Source: Octopus bimaculoides | Lineage: Eukaryota | DNA length: 64,000 nt | Assembly: GCF_001194135.2 (NCBI RefSeq) | Contig: NC_068981.1 | Location: 82,591,395-82,655,394, forward strand | Direction of reading: 5' to 3' | Part shown: positions 40,151 through 54,478 of the stretch, piece after piece | Numbering within the stretch: the stretch's first letter is position 1 | How the letters are laid out: every line of letters starts with the position of its first letter | Notes under the pieces: generated by a model | Databases searched by the model: none | The model's input: only the letters and a program-made list of their open reading frames with translations | What the model was told of the DNA's origin: nothing | Made by a program: the position numbers and the translations under genes

Positions 40151-41302
40151 CACTTGTCTATTCTATTTTCCCAAGAGACTTCCTCCTTATCATTGTCGTT
40201 AAATTCGTCATCACCGGTATCGTCGTCATCGTCGCGCAATATCTTCATCATCATTAATATCGTTCATTATCATTTAATAAATAGCATTCGTACAGGTTTT
40301 ATTTGTCAGATATGTTATTCAAGAAATCACCAAAAAAACATTAAAAAAAAGTAGATAGAAAAACAAACAAAATAAACAACAAAAACATACACAAAAATAT
40401 TCCATAGTCAAGTCAGCAAATTAAAACGTATATAAAAAATAAAATAAACTAAAATGAAAGTAACGAGTAATGAAATTACCGTAATTAATCGAAAATAAAA
40501 TATTTTTCTCGAATAACCCACCTAATCCGTGCCAATTAATATTTTAAACCATTTACCGGTTTTGGGATCTCCAATTTAGATAAAAACGCGTTAAATTAAT
40601 TTCGGTTTGCTCTTGCTTTCTTCTATTCTAATTTCTAATCTTGGCAAAAGATTTCATTACTAGGTTTTAATTGGCTAATCAATCTATAGATAAACTGAAA
40701 TCAATTAACATCNNNNNNNNNNNNNNNNNNNNNNNNNNNNNNNNNNNNNNNNNNNNNNNNNNNNNNNNNNNNNNNNNNNNNNNNNNNNNNNNNNNNNNNN
40801 NNNNNNNNNNNNNNNNNNNNNNNNNNNNNNNNNNNNNNNNNNNNNNNNNNNNNNNNNNNNNNNNNNNNNNNNNNNNNNNNNNNNNNNNNNNNNNNNNNNN
40901 NNNNNNNNNNNNNNNNNNNNNNNNNNNNNNNNNNNNNNNNNNNNNNNNNNNNNNNNNNNNNNNNNNNNNNNNNNNNNNNNNNNNNNNNNNNNNNNNNNNN
41001 NNNNNNNNNNNNNNNNNNNNNNNNNNNNNNNNNNNNNNNNNNNNNNNNNNNNNNNNNNNNNNNNNNNNNNNNNNNNNNNNNNNNNNNNNNNNNNNNNNNN
41101 NNNNNNNNNNNNNNNNNNNNNNNNNNNNNNNNNNNNNNNNNNNNNNNNNNNNNNNNNNNNNNNNNNNNNNNNNNNNNNNNNNNNNNNNNNNNNNNNNNNN
41201 NNNNNNNNNNNNNNNNNNNNNNNNNNNNNNNNNNNNNNNNNNNNNNNNNNNNNNNNNNNNNNNNNNNNNNNNNNNNNNNNNNNNNNNNNNNNNNNNNNNN
41301 NN

Positions 41303-41335
<33 letters not shown>

Positions 41336-41936
41336 TATATACACACACACGTACATATACATAGCTATATAGGTGTGGTTGTATTTGTGTGTCTGTGTGT
41401 GTACGTTTGTGAGTATGTGTGCGTGTGTTTATATGTGTATGTGTTTGCTCGTGTGTCTGTATGTGCTTGCGTGTTGTGCCTGCATGTGTGTGAGATTTAT
41501 GAACGAAATACTGTTTATATGTGTGTGTTGAAAATCTTTTTTCAGTATATCGTTTGCATTGTTTAAGTTGCCTGAATATTTTTGTTTTTGATTTACTTTT
41601 CTAGATATAAGAAATCGCCTGCTACAAATCTGAGATGCTTTCCGTATTACTTTACATCTGTGTTAAATATTACTGTATTGTCTTAAATTTTCTCGCATTA
41701 ACTTAAATTTATGTACAACTGTTTATATTTTTTATATTGTATAACGGCTTAATGAAACATGTGTGCGTATGTGTGCGTGTGTGTGTATGTATGTATGTGT
41801 GTGAGTGTGTTTTCCTATGCAAGTATGTATCTGTCGATATATGAATACATCTTCCCTGTATGTTTGTCTCTCTCTCTCACTCTGTACACACACACTCACA
41901 CCCATATATCCATATGTTTGTATATATGTGTATCTT

Positions 41937-42000
<64 letters not shown>

Positions 42001-42036
42001 TTTATATATACATATATATATATATANNNNNNNNNN

Positions 42037-42129
42037 TCCAGATTGATAGCGATATCTTTGATACACACAGAACAAAAAACAGTAGAGAAGAGTAACTGTG
42101 TGTATCAAAGATATCGCTATCAATCTGGA
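42037..42129. repeat. Perfect 34-bp inverted repeat with a 25-nt spacer
   Basis: tccagattgatagcgatatctttgatacacacag (42037-42070) and ctgtgtgtatcaaagatatcgctatcaatctgga (42096-42129). Confidence 0.9.
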
Positions 42130-42519
42130 GTAATAATTTGTAGTTTTGAAATCAGTAGTTCTTTGACTGCTATTTCGAAATTCTCAGTATGTTGGAGAAG
42201 CAGGTTACTGTCAATCCCTATATATTTATGATTATAAATTTTTACAGAAGAAGGTTTTTTCATACTGAGCTACCCGGCAAAATTGTTGATTATTAATTTT
42301 ATTACTAATTGACGATTCCCTGCCCTGCATATCTATATATATATATACATATATACACATACACTCACACACACAAATACACATACATGTATGTGTATTG
42401 TTGTTGTTGGCATCCTTTTGTCTCGGGAGTCATTGGAGTTGCGCATAAACTAATCCAGTCTGATTTTTACATTTCATGTCTTCTCCAGTTTCCTCTCCAG
42501 TTTTGCGCAGGCCTGGGCT

Positions 42520-42810
42520 AGATTTAAGAAAATCCTGGGTAGCCCAATCGTCAGGATTCCTCTCTTTACCTTCCTGACGTAGTCCAAAGGTGTGCAGAGC
42601 ATTACGTTTGGCACCAGCTTGGTTGCAGGAAATGCCGGAAGAGTCTCGAGTCGAACACTAAACCGCCTACGGGGCTCCACTCCGGATTTCTTTGAAGGTT
42701 GTCTCCTTTCCGTAACTCTGGATAGGGACCCATATCGGGTACTGTCAGCCGGAGCCAGCTGAGCCCGGACCTGTGTCAAGCAGGGTTGTCACTCCCTGAA
42801 GTAGTGAAGA
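42520..42810 (+). mobile_element. Probable RTE-clade LINE 5' region
   Basis: GC-rich island with 'acgtttggcaccagcttggttgcaggaaatgccggaag' and 'ctccactccggattt', which resemble RTE 5' UTR segments (recognition only). Confidence 0.45.
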
Positions 42811-43161
42811 AAATCGCTACCCACTACCTATGTATATATGTACANNNNNNNNNNNNNNNNNNNNNNNNNNNNNNNNNNNNNNNNNNNNNNNNNNNNNNNN
42901 NNNNNNNNNNNNNNNNNNNNNNNNNNNNNNNNNNNNNNNNNNNNNNNNNNNNNNNNNNNNNNNNNNNNNNNNNNNNNNNNNNNNNNNNNNNNNNNNNNNN
43001 NNNNNNNNNNNNNNNNNNNNNNNNNNNNNNNNNNNNNNNNNNNNNNNNNNNNNNNNNNNNNNNNNNNNNNNNNNNNNNNNNNNNNNNNNNNNNNNNNNNN
43101 NNNNNNNNNNNNNNNNNNNNNNNNNNNNNNNNNNNNNNNNNNNNNNNNNNNNNNNNNNNNN

Positions 43162-43201
<40 letters not shown>

Positions 43202-43215
43202 CGAGCGAGAGAGGA

Positions 43216-43229
43216 GATAGATAGATAGG

Positions 43230-43305
<76 letters not shown>
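43216..43305. repeat. (GATA)n tetranucleotide microsatellite
   Basis: Read directly. Confidence 0.95.
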
Positions 43306-43306
<1 letters not shown>

Positions 43307-43560
43307 GGAGGGAGAGAGAGTGTGTGTGTGTAATTGAGAAAAATGGCTGGAATAGTTTAGTGAAGCTTACGAATATGCGCCGACTAAAATTCAGACGTTA
43401 CAGCTAATCATATTCTTTTATCTGCTTGGTCTGTCAAGTTTCAATATTTTAATGCTTCGTCAGAGATGGGTTACTTATATATTTCATTACAGGTACTTAT
43501 AAATTTTAAATTGATAATTGTTATAGTAACAAATAACTTTGAATTTCTTGTACAAATTTG

Positions 43561-43779
43561 AAGTGGCGAGCTGACAGAATCATTACCGCGGTAGAACTAA
43601 TACTTAGCGGTATTTTCTCCGTCTATACGTTCTGAGTTTAAATACCACCAGGATCGACTTTGTATTTCACCCTTTCGTGGTCTATCAAATAAGTATCACT
43701 TGAGCAGCGGTGTTGATGTAATCAATTTACTCTATCTACCAAAGCTGTTGGTCTTGTATCAAAATTTGAAACCAGTATT
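43561..43779 (+). mobile_element. Full-length, diverged SINE family B
   Basis: Head 'aagtggcgagctgacagaatcattac' through to 3' end 'cttgtatcaaaatttgaaacc'. Confidence 0.8.
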
Positions 43780-44397
43780 ATGTACAAAGTCAGTTAGAAC
43801 TAACAGAGTCGGCCGTAATTTGTGCACCCGAACAAATATTGCCAGCGAACACGATTCTATTTACTCATCCCCTGCAAAAAGAAACGCTTCTATAGTTGCA
43901 GTTGTCATTGCTGTTGTTAACTATGAGTAGTTCATGTTCCAGCAGATTTATGGTTAAATTGTTTCCGCTGTGACAATTACGTAAATACTGTATAACTAAA
44001 TATACAACGACAAAAAATTATGTTGCGAAATTTGAGCGTTATTTCTAGTTTGGATAACTTTTTTCTCTTCAAGAAAATGTAAGATGTCCAGTTTGCTTGT
44101 GACTTACTTTACTCACTTGAAACAATGAAAAGCCTAAAAGAAAATTTATTTGGAATATGAGAAAAATACACCAAGACACCTTACTCTGCTTATAATGTCA
44201 GTTTGGTTTAGGCTATAATTACTGAAATTTCCGGTAATAAAAATGGTGTATTGTTTTGATTAAGATTGTCGGTGGTGTTCCACACCGCATCAGCTATGAT
44301 CATTCTTATTGAGGATCACGTGTGTACTATCGTGAAAACATTTCCTTTTTTTTTTTGTTTTTGCACTGCAACGCGTTATCTATTATATCCATTTTAA

Positions 44398-44599
44398 TCC
44401 TCTAGCATTTAAACAGGCGCTACCCAGCCCAAATAGTCTACCTGTTTTATGATCAAACTGCCCAGATGCAGCAGCCTCTCTCGTCTATCCTATATTATCA
44501 CTCTAAAAATAAAAAATATCGTCAATGAACTCTTGGAAATTAATTAAAAAATACGAGAATAAGCAATACATCTGACAAAGTAATCTGAACGCTACAATG
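44398..44599. mobile_element. Decayed piggyBac-type MITE
   Basis: TTAA at 44394-44397 and 44600-44603; ends tcctctagcatt...aacgctacaatg form an imperfect TIR. Confidence 0.5.
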
Positions 44600-45272
44600 T
44601 TAAAGAGGATAGTATGCAATTTGAGAGAGATTTTTTTCTTTAACTTGACAGTGAGCAACTTTGTAGAAACATTTCTCTTTACTAGAGTTTCTTTTAGACT
44701 TTAGTAATAGCATTTCTAAAATGTATTTACAGAGATAAATCCGAACTGAAATGAGTAATCAACGCATATCTTGCTCTTTTCTCTCCTATTTAAATGCAAA
44801 ATATTCTGGTTATTTATGGTGTAATAGAATATATTGGGCCTATATTAATGTAATCATTATTGTTTGTACGGATGTATGTAATTACCGTTTAATTTCCAGT
44901 AAACTCTAACTCAATCAAGCGAACCTACAAGAGCTGTTGTAACTATGATCATTTCACTTTTTCATACTGAGATGTGATATATCTAGCACTACATAAGGTG
45001 TTGTGTCAACCCATTCCATAGATTTTAACTGTCATTTCTATCAGGAGGCTGACTGATCAAACGGGGGAATCGCAATATACATATATATGCGAAAATATAT
45101 ACGTACATATACATTTACAAGTTTCTCAGTTGAATACAATCCCCAGACGTGATGGGTTTGTTATTCCTTGCAAAATAGTCTTGTGATACCAAGGTTGCTA
45201 GCAGGTTAATGGTATTCCTTACCCATTCGTTTTTACGTCACAGTTTGCTGATATTCGAAAGTAAAACACACA

Positions 45273-45316
<44 letters not shown>

Positions 45317-47129
45317 CACACACACACACACATGCAATGTGTACATGTGCTAGAATATGTGTGCGTGCCGCGCGTATGTCGTTGACAATGTGCAGAAGGC
45401 CAAAATGCATCTCACTTCCTCGCTACGCAGCAGGGATATTTTTCTTCACCCTCCGAGTTATATATATATTTTAACAGGAGGTCTATGAGCTTTTATCTCG
45501 GATGAACACTTCAGTATCTTGCCTATCAAATATATATATCATGGTGCACGACTGCTGGTTGGCTGTAAGTACGTTTGTATGTATCCAGGTATATATGTGA
45601 ATAAACAATATGTGCATGAACGCAAATTGTGGAGTCAAAAAAGAGAAAGACAAAGATGATTTATTTTCTTTCTTCCACTTTATACCTTTATTTCGGTTTG
45701 TAACTCGGGTATGTTGATATTTAAAACAAACAGCAGTGCTTCATATAACCTGTTCTTAGAAAGTTCATGTAAATATGTATATGCAATGTCCAGAAATAAC
45801 AATGTTGAAAACGAACCGAACTTCCACCAGTTACTATGCTACTCTTTCATACTCATACCGCTCTTTATTTCTTTTGCTTCGTATTTTTGGCTAGATATCC
45901 GATTAGAAGCGCAAATTAAAAATAGTTAAGATAGAATGAATCTAATATGGCGGAAAAGTCTTCGTCATGGGATTCGTTCAAATATTTTCTGTTATTTTTT
46001 GTTCTCCTGGGCGCATTTAAATACTCAACCAAATATCCCCAGGCTAAATTAGTGAAGGTCTGCGGCACATATGAAAATCATTCTAAATTTGTGAGATAGC
46101 AGACTTTACATTCTTCGAACACCATTAGTAATATCGTGTCATGTTAATTATACTTACTACTACTTAAATATGTATATTTTTTTTCTTCCTGTTTTCTTTT
46201 TCTTTACACTGGAATGTTTATTTAGTATTTCGTGATAAATTCATGTTTAATTTAAAATATATCTTAACTGAGTTGCAAATATTCATTTCCGCTAAATTAT
46301 TGTAAATATATTTCCGTGTGCAGATGTATATATATATATGAGTGTACACACACAGACACACAGACACACACACACACAGACACACAGACACACACACACA
46401 CACACATACATACATACATGTGTTTGTGTTATGCTTGTATGCATGTTTACATATGGGCATTCATTTATGAATGTATATGTATGTATATATATATATGTAT
46501 GTATTTATACATAAATACGTAAACACAGACATACACATGCGTAAAACCATACACACACGCGCACACATGCGTATATGTATATATATATACCATCTCACAG
46601 TGTTCGTAATATATACAACATTATATCTAATACACAAACACACACACACACACATATATATTTCCTCTCTCTCTCTCATATGGATATATGTGTGTGTAAG
46701 TGAGTTATCTTAAAATACAAAAAAGTTGGTGTCTTACGCTGGAAATATAACTGAGAACATTTAAGCAATAAATACATAAATTTGAAAAAGAGTATCTGTG
46801 CTATTCATATAACTTCCAAACCCGTTGTCAGACGTGGTAAGTCGAAGACTATGGTGTTCATAACGGTTTTGATGTGACCAAGAAAAAATTATCCAAATGA
46901 TGGAGTCATAATCCGTATGTTTGCAAGGTATCTAAGCTGGATAATATTACACATCACGGTGTATAAAATCTGCCAACCAAATACAAGAACAGTCTCTTCG
47001 CCGTTCTCTCGCACAGTTTCTCACTATCAAATTTCCATTTAGTAGAACTAGGCATGATAGGGAATACACTTTGCCTTGGAATCGAAAGCTAAAGTGACGG
47101 ATTTCGACGCGAACTGCCTTTCTGCACCG

Positions 47130-47315
47130 GTCTTTTATCTTTTATATGTTCTAGTCATTGGACTGTTGCCATGCTGGATCATTACCTTTCTAGGATTTAG
47201 GTCGAATAAAATCGATCCCAGTACGTATGCTATATTTTAAAGCTTGGCAGTTATTGCCAAAGTGCTGAATTACAGAAACGTAAACAAAGCAACACCAGTG
47301 TCAAGTGGTGTCACG
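47130..47315 (-). mobile_element. SINE family A, 3' half
   Basis: 'ctagtcattggactgttgccatgctgg...aaacgtaaacaaagcaacaccagtgtcaagtgg'. Confidence 0.75.
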
Positions 47316-47369
47316 CAAACACACACAAACACACACACACATACAAATACATACACGCACACACAAATA

Positions 47370-47407
<38 letters not shown>

Positions 47408-47482
47408 TACATACAAATACATACACACACACAAATAGACACACACACACACACACACATAAAGCACGTTTTACGCGTGATC

Positions 47483-47508
47483 AGAGGCGTTCGTAAACCG
47501 AGGTACCA

Positions 47509-47513
<5 letters not shown>
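47483..47513. mobile_element. Isolated pogo/Tigger-like terminal inverted repeat
   Basis: 'gaggcgttcgtaaaccgaggtaccactg' followed by TA (reverse complement CAGTGGTACCTCGGTTTACGAAC). No partner end was found. Confidence 0.55.
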
Positions 47514-47544
<31 letters not shown>

Positions 47545-47884
47545 GAAGGTTTGAAAATGCACTTATTTTTAAAATATTTATTTACTTAACCGGTTTCACT
47601 TTTTTTAGAAAAAGATTATCAAAAGTCTTTGAGAATAATAAAAAATGTTAAAAAACNNNNNNNNNNNNNNNNNNNNNNNNNNNNNNNNNNNNNNNNNNNN
47701 NNNNNNNNNNNNNNNNNNNNNNNNNNNNNNNNNNNNNNNNNNNNNNNNNNNNNNNNNNNNNNNNNNNNNNNNNNNNNNNNNNNNNNNNNNNNNNNNNNNN
47801 NNNNNNNNNNNNNNNNNNNNNNNNNNNNNNNNNNNNNNNNNNNNNNNNNNNNNNNNNNAGAGAGAGAGAGAGAAAGAGAGACAC

Positions 47885-48030
47885 ACAAACACGACGGGCT
47901 TTCATACAGTTTCTGTCAGCCAAAAGTCTCTCACAAAACATTGGCTGGATTGGCCGACCTGGCGGTATTGTAGAAGACACTTACCCAGTAGCTCTGAACC
48001 CAAAGCCAGGTGATCGCAATGCGAACCACA
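47885..48030 (-). mobile_element. SINE family A, 5' half (diverged)
   Basis: 'acgacgggctttcatacagtttctgtc...tgtagaagacacttaccca'. Confidence 0.7.
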
Positions 48031-48826
48031 TAACCATTTTTCGTTAACCTTTGACACATTCTGATTAACTGGTATATATCCTACATAATTCAGGAGTACG
48101 TTCGATATTTGAAATGATGAAGTGGCAATTTGGTCTTTTATATTCTGTTGTCACTCACTGAAAATGATAATAAATATCCTTCCTTTTTCATGTCATAAAT
48201 ATTGCCAATTAATTTTTAGTTTCTGATCTAACTAAATACATTAACATTTACTTAAATATTCCAGCATACTCAGCGGCCTCTTAGTGAGAAAAATTACATG
48301 TATTTCAATCTTCTTTTAATCTTACTTTCATGAAAAAGCTTAGCTGAATCAGCTTCATCTCTAGCTAAGCATACATTGTTGTACGTATTGCGATACTGAC
48401 TCCTAATGTTGGCGCTTACAACTAATAACGCTGATTTTATGTCTGTGTGTAAGTGTATGTTTGTGTGCATGGACGTGCGACTGTGTGCGCGCGCATTCGA
48501 GTGTGTGTGTACGTGTTTAATACCGAAACGCTAAGTTACGGGGAGGTAAACACACAAACAGCGATGGAGGTAGGGTGGGCACGCACATAAACACACACAC
48601 ACACACACACACATATCCATATANNNNNNNNNNNNNNNNNNNNNNNNNNNNNNNNNNNNNNNNNNNNNNNNNNNNNNNNNNNNNNNNNNNNNNNNNNNNN
48701 NNNNNNNNNNNNNNNNNNNNNNNNNNNNNNNNNNNNNNNNNNNNNNNNNNNNNNNNNNNNNNNNNNNNNNNNNNNTATACATATATATATATATATATAG
48801 GCATATATATATGTATATATATATAT

Positions 48827-48868
<42 letters not shown>

Positions 48869-49280
48869 GGCTGATTCCATACTTAATTCTCTGTCAGTAC
48901 ACTTTGGGGATTACAGTCCCTGTCAGGACATATGTATACCGTTATGTGCTTTAACTAGAGTAATAGAACTTTTTAGCTCTTATTTCTAGCAATGTAGGCG
49001 TTCTAATATCCTAGTCATATTTAGCGACAATTGCAGTTTTCGTTTTTGGTAACACATTGCACATGGCTGTTTATATTAAAAAATCAAGTGAAGTTGGAAT
49101 AAAAGATTCGACATTATTACTCTACGAGTATAGTGACCTGTGAGAATCGTTAGTACGCTGGAAAAATGATTAACCTTGCCGCTCCTCACAAATTTCACAC
49201 CTTGTGCCTACAATAGAAAGGATGATTAATGTATAACTCTGGAACTGTGGAGTGGCAGTATCAATGTCTATAGTGTAATG

Positions 49281-49614
49281 GTAAAGACCCCCTTCGGTCA
49301 TGGATGACAATGAGATTGCACCTAGAAAGTTCCCCTCCATGGCACAAGTCCAGACGAGGTTGTTTATGAAAAACCAGCAGTCACCCATGCATACCATCCT
49401 CTCCCCTTCCACCCCACGCCAACATTGTTATCCAAGAAAAAGGTAAAGACCGATATAGCTTGGCACCAGTAACATCACAACTCATATCTACGGCTGGAGC
49501 AACGTGAAATAAAGTGTCTTGCTCAAAAACAACTCACATCATTGTCCGAGAATCGAACTCACTACCTCATAATAGTGATGCCGACGCTCTAACCACTGAG
49601 TTATGTGCCTTCAC
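49281..49614 (-). mobile_element. Full-length tRNA-derived SINE family D
   Basis: Minus-strand head GTGAAGGCACATAACTCAGTGGTTAGAGCGTCGGCATCAC...GAGTTCGATTCTCGGAC has A- and B-box-like motifs, followed by about 270 bp of body. Confidence 0.85.
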
Positions 49615-50145
49615 CAGTATCGATAGAGTGAAGTATAAAATGCCTTCTATGGTTACGCCCTTTCAAAACCCAATCTCAAATGTCGCCGAGATCAACGCTT
49701 TCTTCCGTCTCACGGGGTCATTAGAATAAGTAATATTAAGGTACTATGATCTATTTAATCACTATATTTCTCTTTCAAGTTTCTGACATTGTAGGAAATA
49801 TTTGAAATGACTGTTACGTAACAACAGGGAGCCGAAAGAAGATAAAATAATTTCTATTTTAGTTTAAATATATGTATGCTTATGAGTTTCAAAAAAGCTA
49901 ATTGGAAATAAGAATGCGGGGTAGCAAAATAAATAAATATTTTAAATATTCTGGCTAGTAAGGGAGACAACTCACTGCAAATGTTTTGGCTTTCGTAAGA
50001 CTGACATAAGTGAATCTTAAATTTCTGAAGTAATTGATGAGTTAAGTAGTACGTAGATGTACAGTGTACTGCAGGGATTCTTAGACTAGCAGTTGTGTCC
50101 CAGTGAGGGTGCTATGATCTCAGAAGGAGATAGCAAATGTTAAGG

Positions 50146-50495
50146 CTGGGGTTCTCAACCATTCTTTTTATCTATGGACTCCTTTGATTACTATCTTATC
50201 CTGGCGGACCCCCATAGCCATTCGATATTTAAACATTAGTTTCATAGAAACGCCTTTCATAATTCCTATTTTGTTTTTTACACATTAACTTGTTAGGTTG
50301 GACTACGTAAAATGTTAGAGAAAGAAAATTAGCTGTTTCTTTCAATACAAACCAATACATATATCTAAAGCAAAAGTTCTCCAGGGCCCCTTAAAATATC
50401 ATTGTATATTCTCAATTTATTCTTTTGTTGTGTGGACCCTCCAAAATATTATATGGACCCTCAGGGGCTATGTGGACACCGGTTGGGAACCACTA
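50146..50495. mobile_element. hAT-type MITE with 15-bp TIRs and 8-bp target site duplication
   Basis: TIRs ctggggttctcaacc and ggttgggaaccacta; TSD tgttaagg (50138-50145) and tggtaagg (50496-50503), one mismatch. Confidence 0.85.
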
Positions 50496-52788
50496 TGGTA
50501 AGGGACCGATTTAGGATGCGGAACTTGGTGCTTAGAGGAGTCTTACTCTTTCTTATAAATAAAGTATATAAACAAATTCCAATATTTATATTTTAAGAGC
50601 ATTTTCACAGAAAATAAAAAGTCATTGGGACCTCTGTAGGACAGTTTTCGGTAAGCTGAAATATGACTGATAACATGCTAGGATCTAATGAAAACTCACA
50701 ATGTAAGTTCTTGTATTCTTCACTAATCACCACATCCGATTTAAAGAATATAGTTATAGTGAGTTTGGAAAATGCCATTTAGTCATGTTTAGCGTTGAGT
50801 TACTAAAGGTTGAGAATGACAAACTTGAATAACTTCACTATTTTTTGAACTACAATCTTATTTGTGCTGTGTCTTGTGTTACGGTCTGTAAAATACGTGG
50901 TGTTAATTCAGTACCACAAATCGCATTCTCCAGCAAGAAATGGCCTGTCTAGTCAAAAGAAATTAATGTTGATATTTAGATGGTGATGAGGGATTGTCGA
51001 GTGAGTTGAATGGACCAGACAGTTTCATCAGCCTTTGAGAATAAGTTTCACCTATTATATGTTTCACACTTCTAACCATATAAACATATATCTTCCTGTT
51101 ACAGATTGTCACCTACAGTAAGTACATCCAGTAAAACAAAGGTGTAGATAAATGTATTTGTAGAAAATAAGACAGTAAATAAATCTGAAAGACACAACAT
51201 TATTTCTTAACACCAGGCAATCAGCGAAAACAAATGTAATTTACTTTGAATTTACTCTGGGTTAATTAGATAGAATAACTAACTGTCAGACTGTAAAAGC
51301 GACAAATGTATTTTCACTCTAACTGGTTTATTTAGTTGCAAGAATGTGTTAGTTGTATGATATTGTAATGTGTAGCAGACAGGAATGTCTGTGGCTATAT
51401 ATCAAGATTGACAGAAAGCAGCCAAGTTCAAAAACTATTTATTTTAGGCCAATATTTGCAGTGGGTGCAACGTACATAACTTCCCACACATACACGTACG
51501 CATATAAACGCACACGTATTCACAGAGAGTATAAGAAGGGGGTGGAAGAGAGAGAAAGAGAGAGAGACAAAGTTTGTATGTGTGCAGCCATTACTGTACA
51601 TTACTATATTTGTAAAAGATTTATTATAACGGATGATTTTTGTTGTTGTAGGTCAGTTAAACGAAGTAAGTACTGCTATGCACAAATAGTTGCGTTTGTA
51701 ATAATTTCAAGAGAATACGTGGCATGAATCTAAGACTTTCATATATTTTCAAACTTTGCCAATCCACCATATATGTATGTCAATGTTATTCAGAAGTCTT
51801 CAAAACTTTGAAAAGAAAATTTTCTTTCTGAAGTTCTAAATCATGACGCTACTAATTCATAATCAAATACATTGTGTGCTCTCATGCTTATGTAGCGTTA
51901 AACTGGCTATATAAGCACAAAGGCACACAATTTGGAGAAGAGAAGAGTTGATTACAATGACTATAGTATTTGATTAGTGCTAATTTCATCGAGAAAGGTC
52001 AACCTCGGTGGGCTTTACATGCATGTTACATACAACTGTTGACACCTCATACAAATATCTTTGCCAGGAAAATTATCGACTATAATCAACAGGAAGCAAT
52101 ATTGTTTTCATTTTTATCTTGATGTTTGTAAGAGGTACTAATACTTTGTAACTATACATACATATAAACACACACACATATATGTATTCATATATACACA
52201 CATACGCATACATGTAGGCATATACACATTTCTGTAATTTTTCTTTATCAACCAATCTAAACTTCTTTATATCTCGATTTACAACTGACAAAAGATTTGC
52301 CCACACGTGGCGGAAATGCTCAAAGGGAATACTTTACGACTTTATTTCCATTTTTCAACGAAAGTAATTAAGTTAAACCATAAGGTTTCTAAATAACATA
52401 CATATATACTTATATTCATACATACATAGTGAAATACTATATATCTCGGTTGATAAGTAAATTACAAATATACATACTAATAGATGTATAGACGAATATA
52501 TATGTACACACACATTTTACTAATATGCTTGACTGCAAGAAAGCGTATTATAACTATGTTCTTTTTCATTTGCTAATTTGCACATTTTTATTCTTCTTTC
52601 ACTTCCTTTCTTTACACAAAAAGTAAAAGGCAGATTGAGAAAACATTAGAATCCTTATAGTCCCTTGGCAGTTTCATTATATTTGATTCAATTCCGACAC
52701 TAGCATATATTTTCTTTACGATTTTGTTTTATGTTTCGAAACACTTGATAATATGTTTAACAAAACCTAAAATAGGAACATTTAATAT

Positions 52789-52819
<31 letters not shown>

Positions 52820-54478
52820 TTCCAGGACGTCCACATGTGAATAAGGATTCAAGGCTAATAATGAGCCCAAGCAAGAAGTCGACATCTTTTCTTCTTGTTG
52901 CTATTGTTGTTAAAATTTGTTTTCAAACCAAATTTGCTTCAATTTCCTATGCTGTCAACGGAAAGGGTGTAAACGAGTAACTTTAATGTTAGGCCACTTT
53001 TATACATCATTGTACATCCATATTTCTTTGTATACATGCTAGGTGTAACTCTATCGACTAGAGAGGTATTATATTTGATCAACAAAAGATTAAATAAATG
53101 AGTTGTACTAACATTTGCAAAATATTAATCGTGCGCTTAAATCCCCAGTTTACTCAAGGGAACTATAAAGTACACATGCGAGTAATTTAAGATTTCTTTG
53201 ATAACCTAAATACAGATTTCTGAAACAGCATAGCGAGGAAGTTTCACTGCTTTCAAAAGAAAAAAAAATCATCCATTTTTATGGCTTCGTGCGGCTGTAA
53301 AGAATTTAAATCTACAGCTTCCGACTTGGAAGGAAACAAAAATGAAATAAAATAACGAATAAAAAATAACAACTTTCTACATTTAAATTTTATTTTTAAC
53401 ATATTTTTGCTTTTACTTTGATTAATTCAAATGTAATACATCAAACATGTGGTATGTGATACATTGTAAGTAAACCCGACATCAGCAAACTAGTGATGCA
53501 GCTTTATGTTTTCTGTTTCGAATCTCTTTCAGTCATCAGCAAAACACAACTAAATAGGTTTTTTTTTAATGACTTAATGTTTTGAAACTATAGTCAGCTT
53601 CGAAGTATTTCTCATTTCTTATATGTCATGCTTATAATACAAATGTTTTACTGCATTGGACAAATGACTTTGCAAACATTAATGTAACATTTTCTGATCA
53701 CCAACTCATAGTAACTCAACCTAATGAAAGTAGAGATAGCCAGGAAAATATTTGCTTTTGCGCTCAAAGTTTTCTTACGAAATTTAAATTCCTTTCCCAA
53801 AAGAATCCCAACAAAATAAGTTGATGGCAGTCAGAAATTAAAATAAATAACAGCTTCCCTACGACCATCAACAAGCTGCTGGGTTATAACGAAAAACTAC
53901 TTGAATATAGAATATATCATGTTTCCTGCTTTTTGGACGATATATGCTATAGACTACGACCAGAGATCTCATTTATGAAGAGCAGACTCAAGCATGAGGA
54001 GTGTATTCATAGGCGGTAATATTTTAAGTTCTAATGCCATTAATTTCCGTTAACCTGATCGAAAATATTGGATCACATACATGTTGGCATCGATTTCAGA
54101 CACCTCATATATTGTACCATATTGTAGTTGCTTATTTCGTTTTGGATATGCTGATTTAGAATGATAAACCACTGTAATATCACTGTCGTCCTATCCGAGG
54201 GAGATTTCGACTCTCATCATCATTACCTATTTCATTTCTAGGTTTGAAAAAATGTATATTATTTGCGCTATATTTGCAAAATTAATGCAATGTTATTATT
54301 AAACTAATATTCATTTTAAATTATGTCTTCTGATTTGGTTATTGAATAGATTTACATCTACAGATTTTGTAAAATGGAGTAGGAAAAATCGTTGAAGGCA
54401 ATTTCAATATTCATTCCAGTTTTCACCGTTTACACAATGTATTGTACACACACATACATATACACACATATATATAAT

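Noticed and set aside
47585-47625. TTGATAA...GAAACCGGTT on the minus strand
   Set aside because: Two core changes and only a homopolymer stem II; at best a PLE trace.
53513-53545. CTGATGA...GAAAC on the minus strand
   Set aside because: No stem II closure and no stems I or III; a chance match.
53953-54015. 63-nt exon candidate (LRPEISFMKSRLKHEECIHR)
   Set aside because: Weak acceptor and donor, unrecognised peptide.
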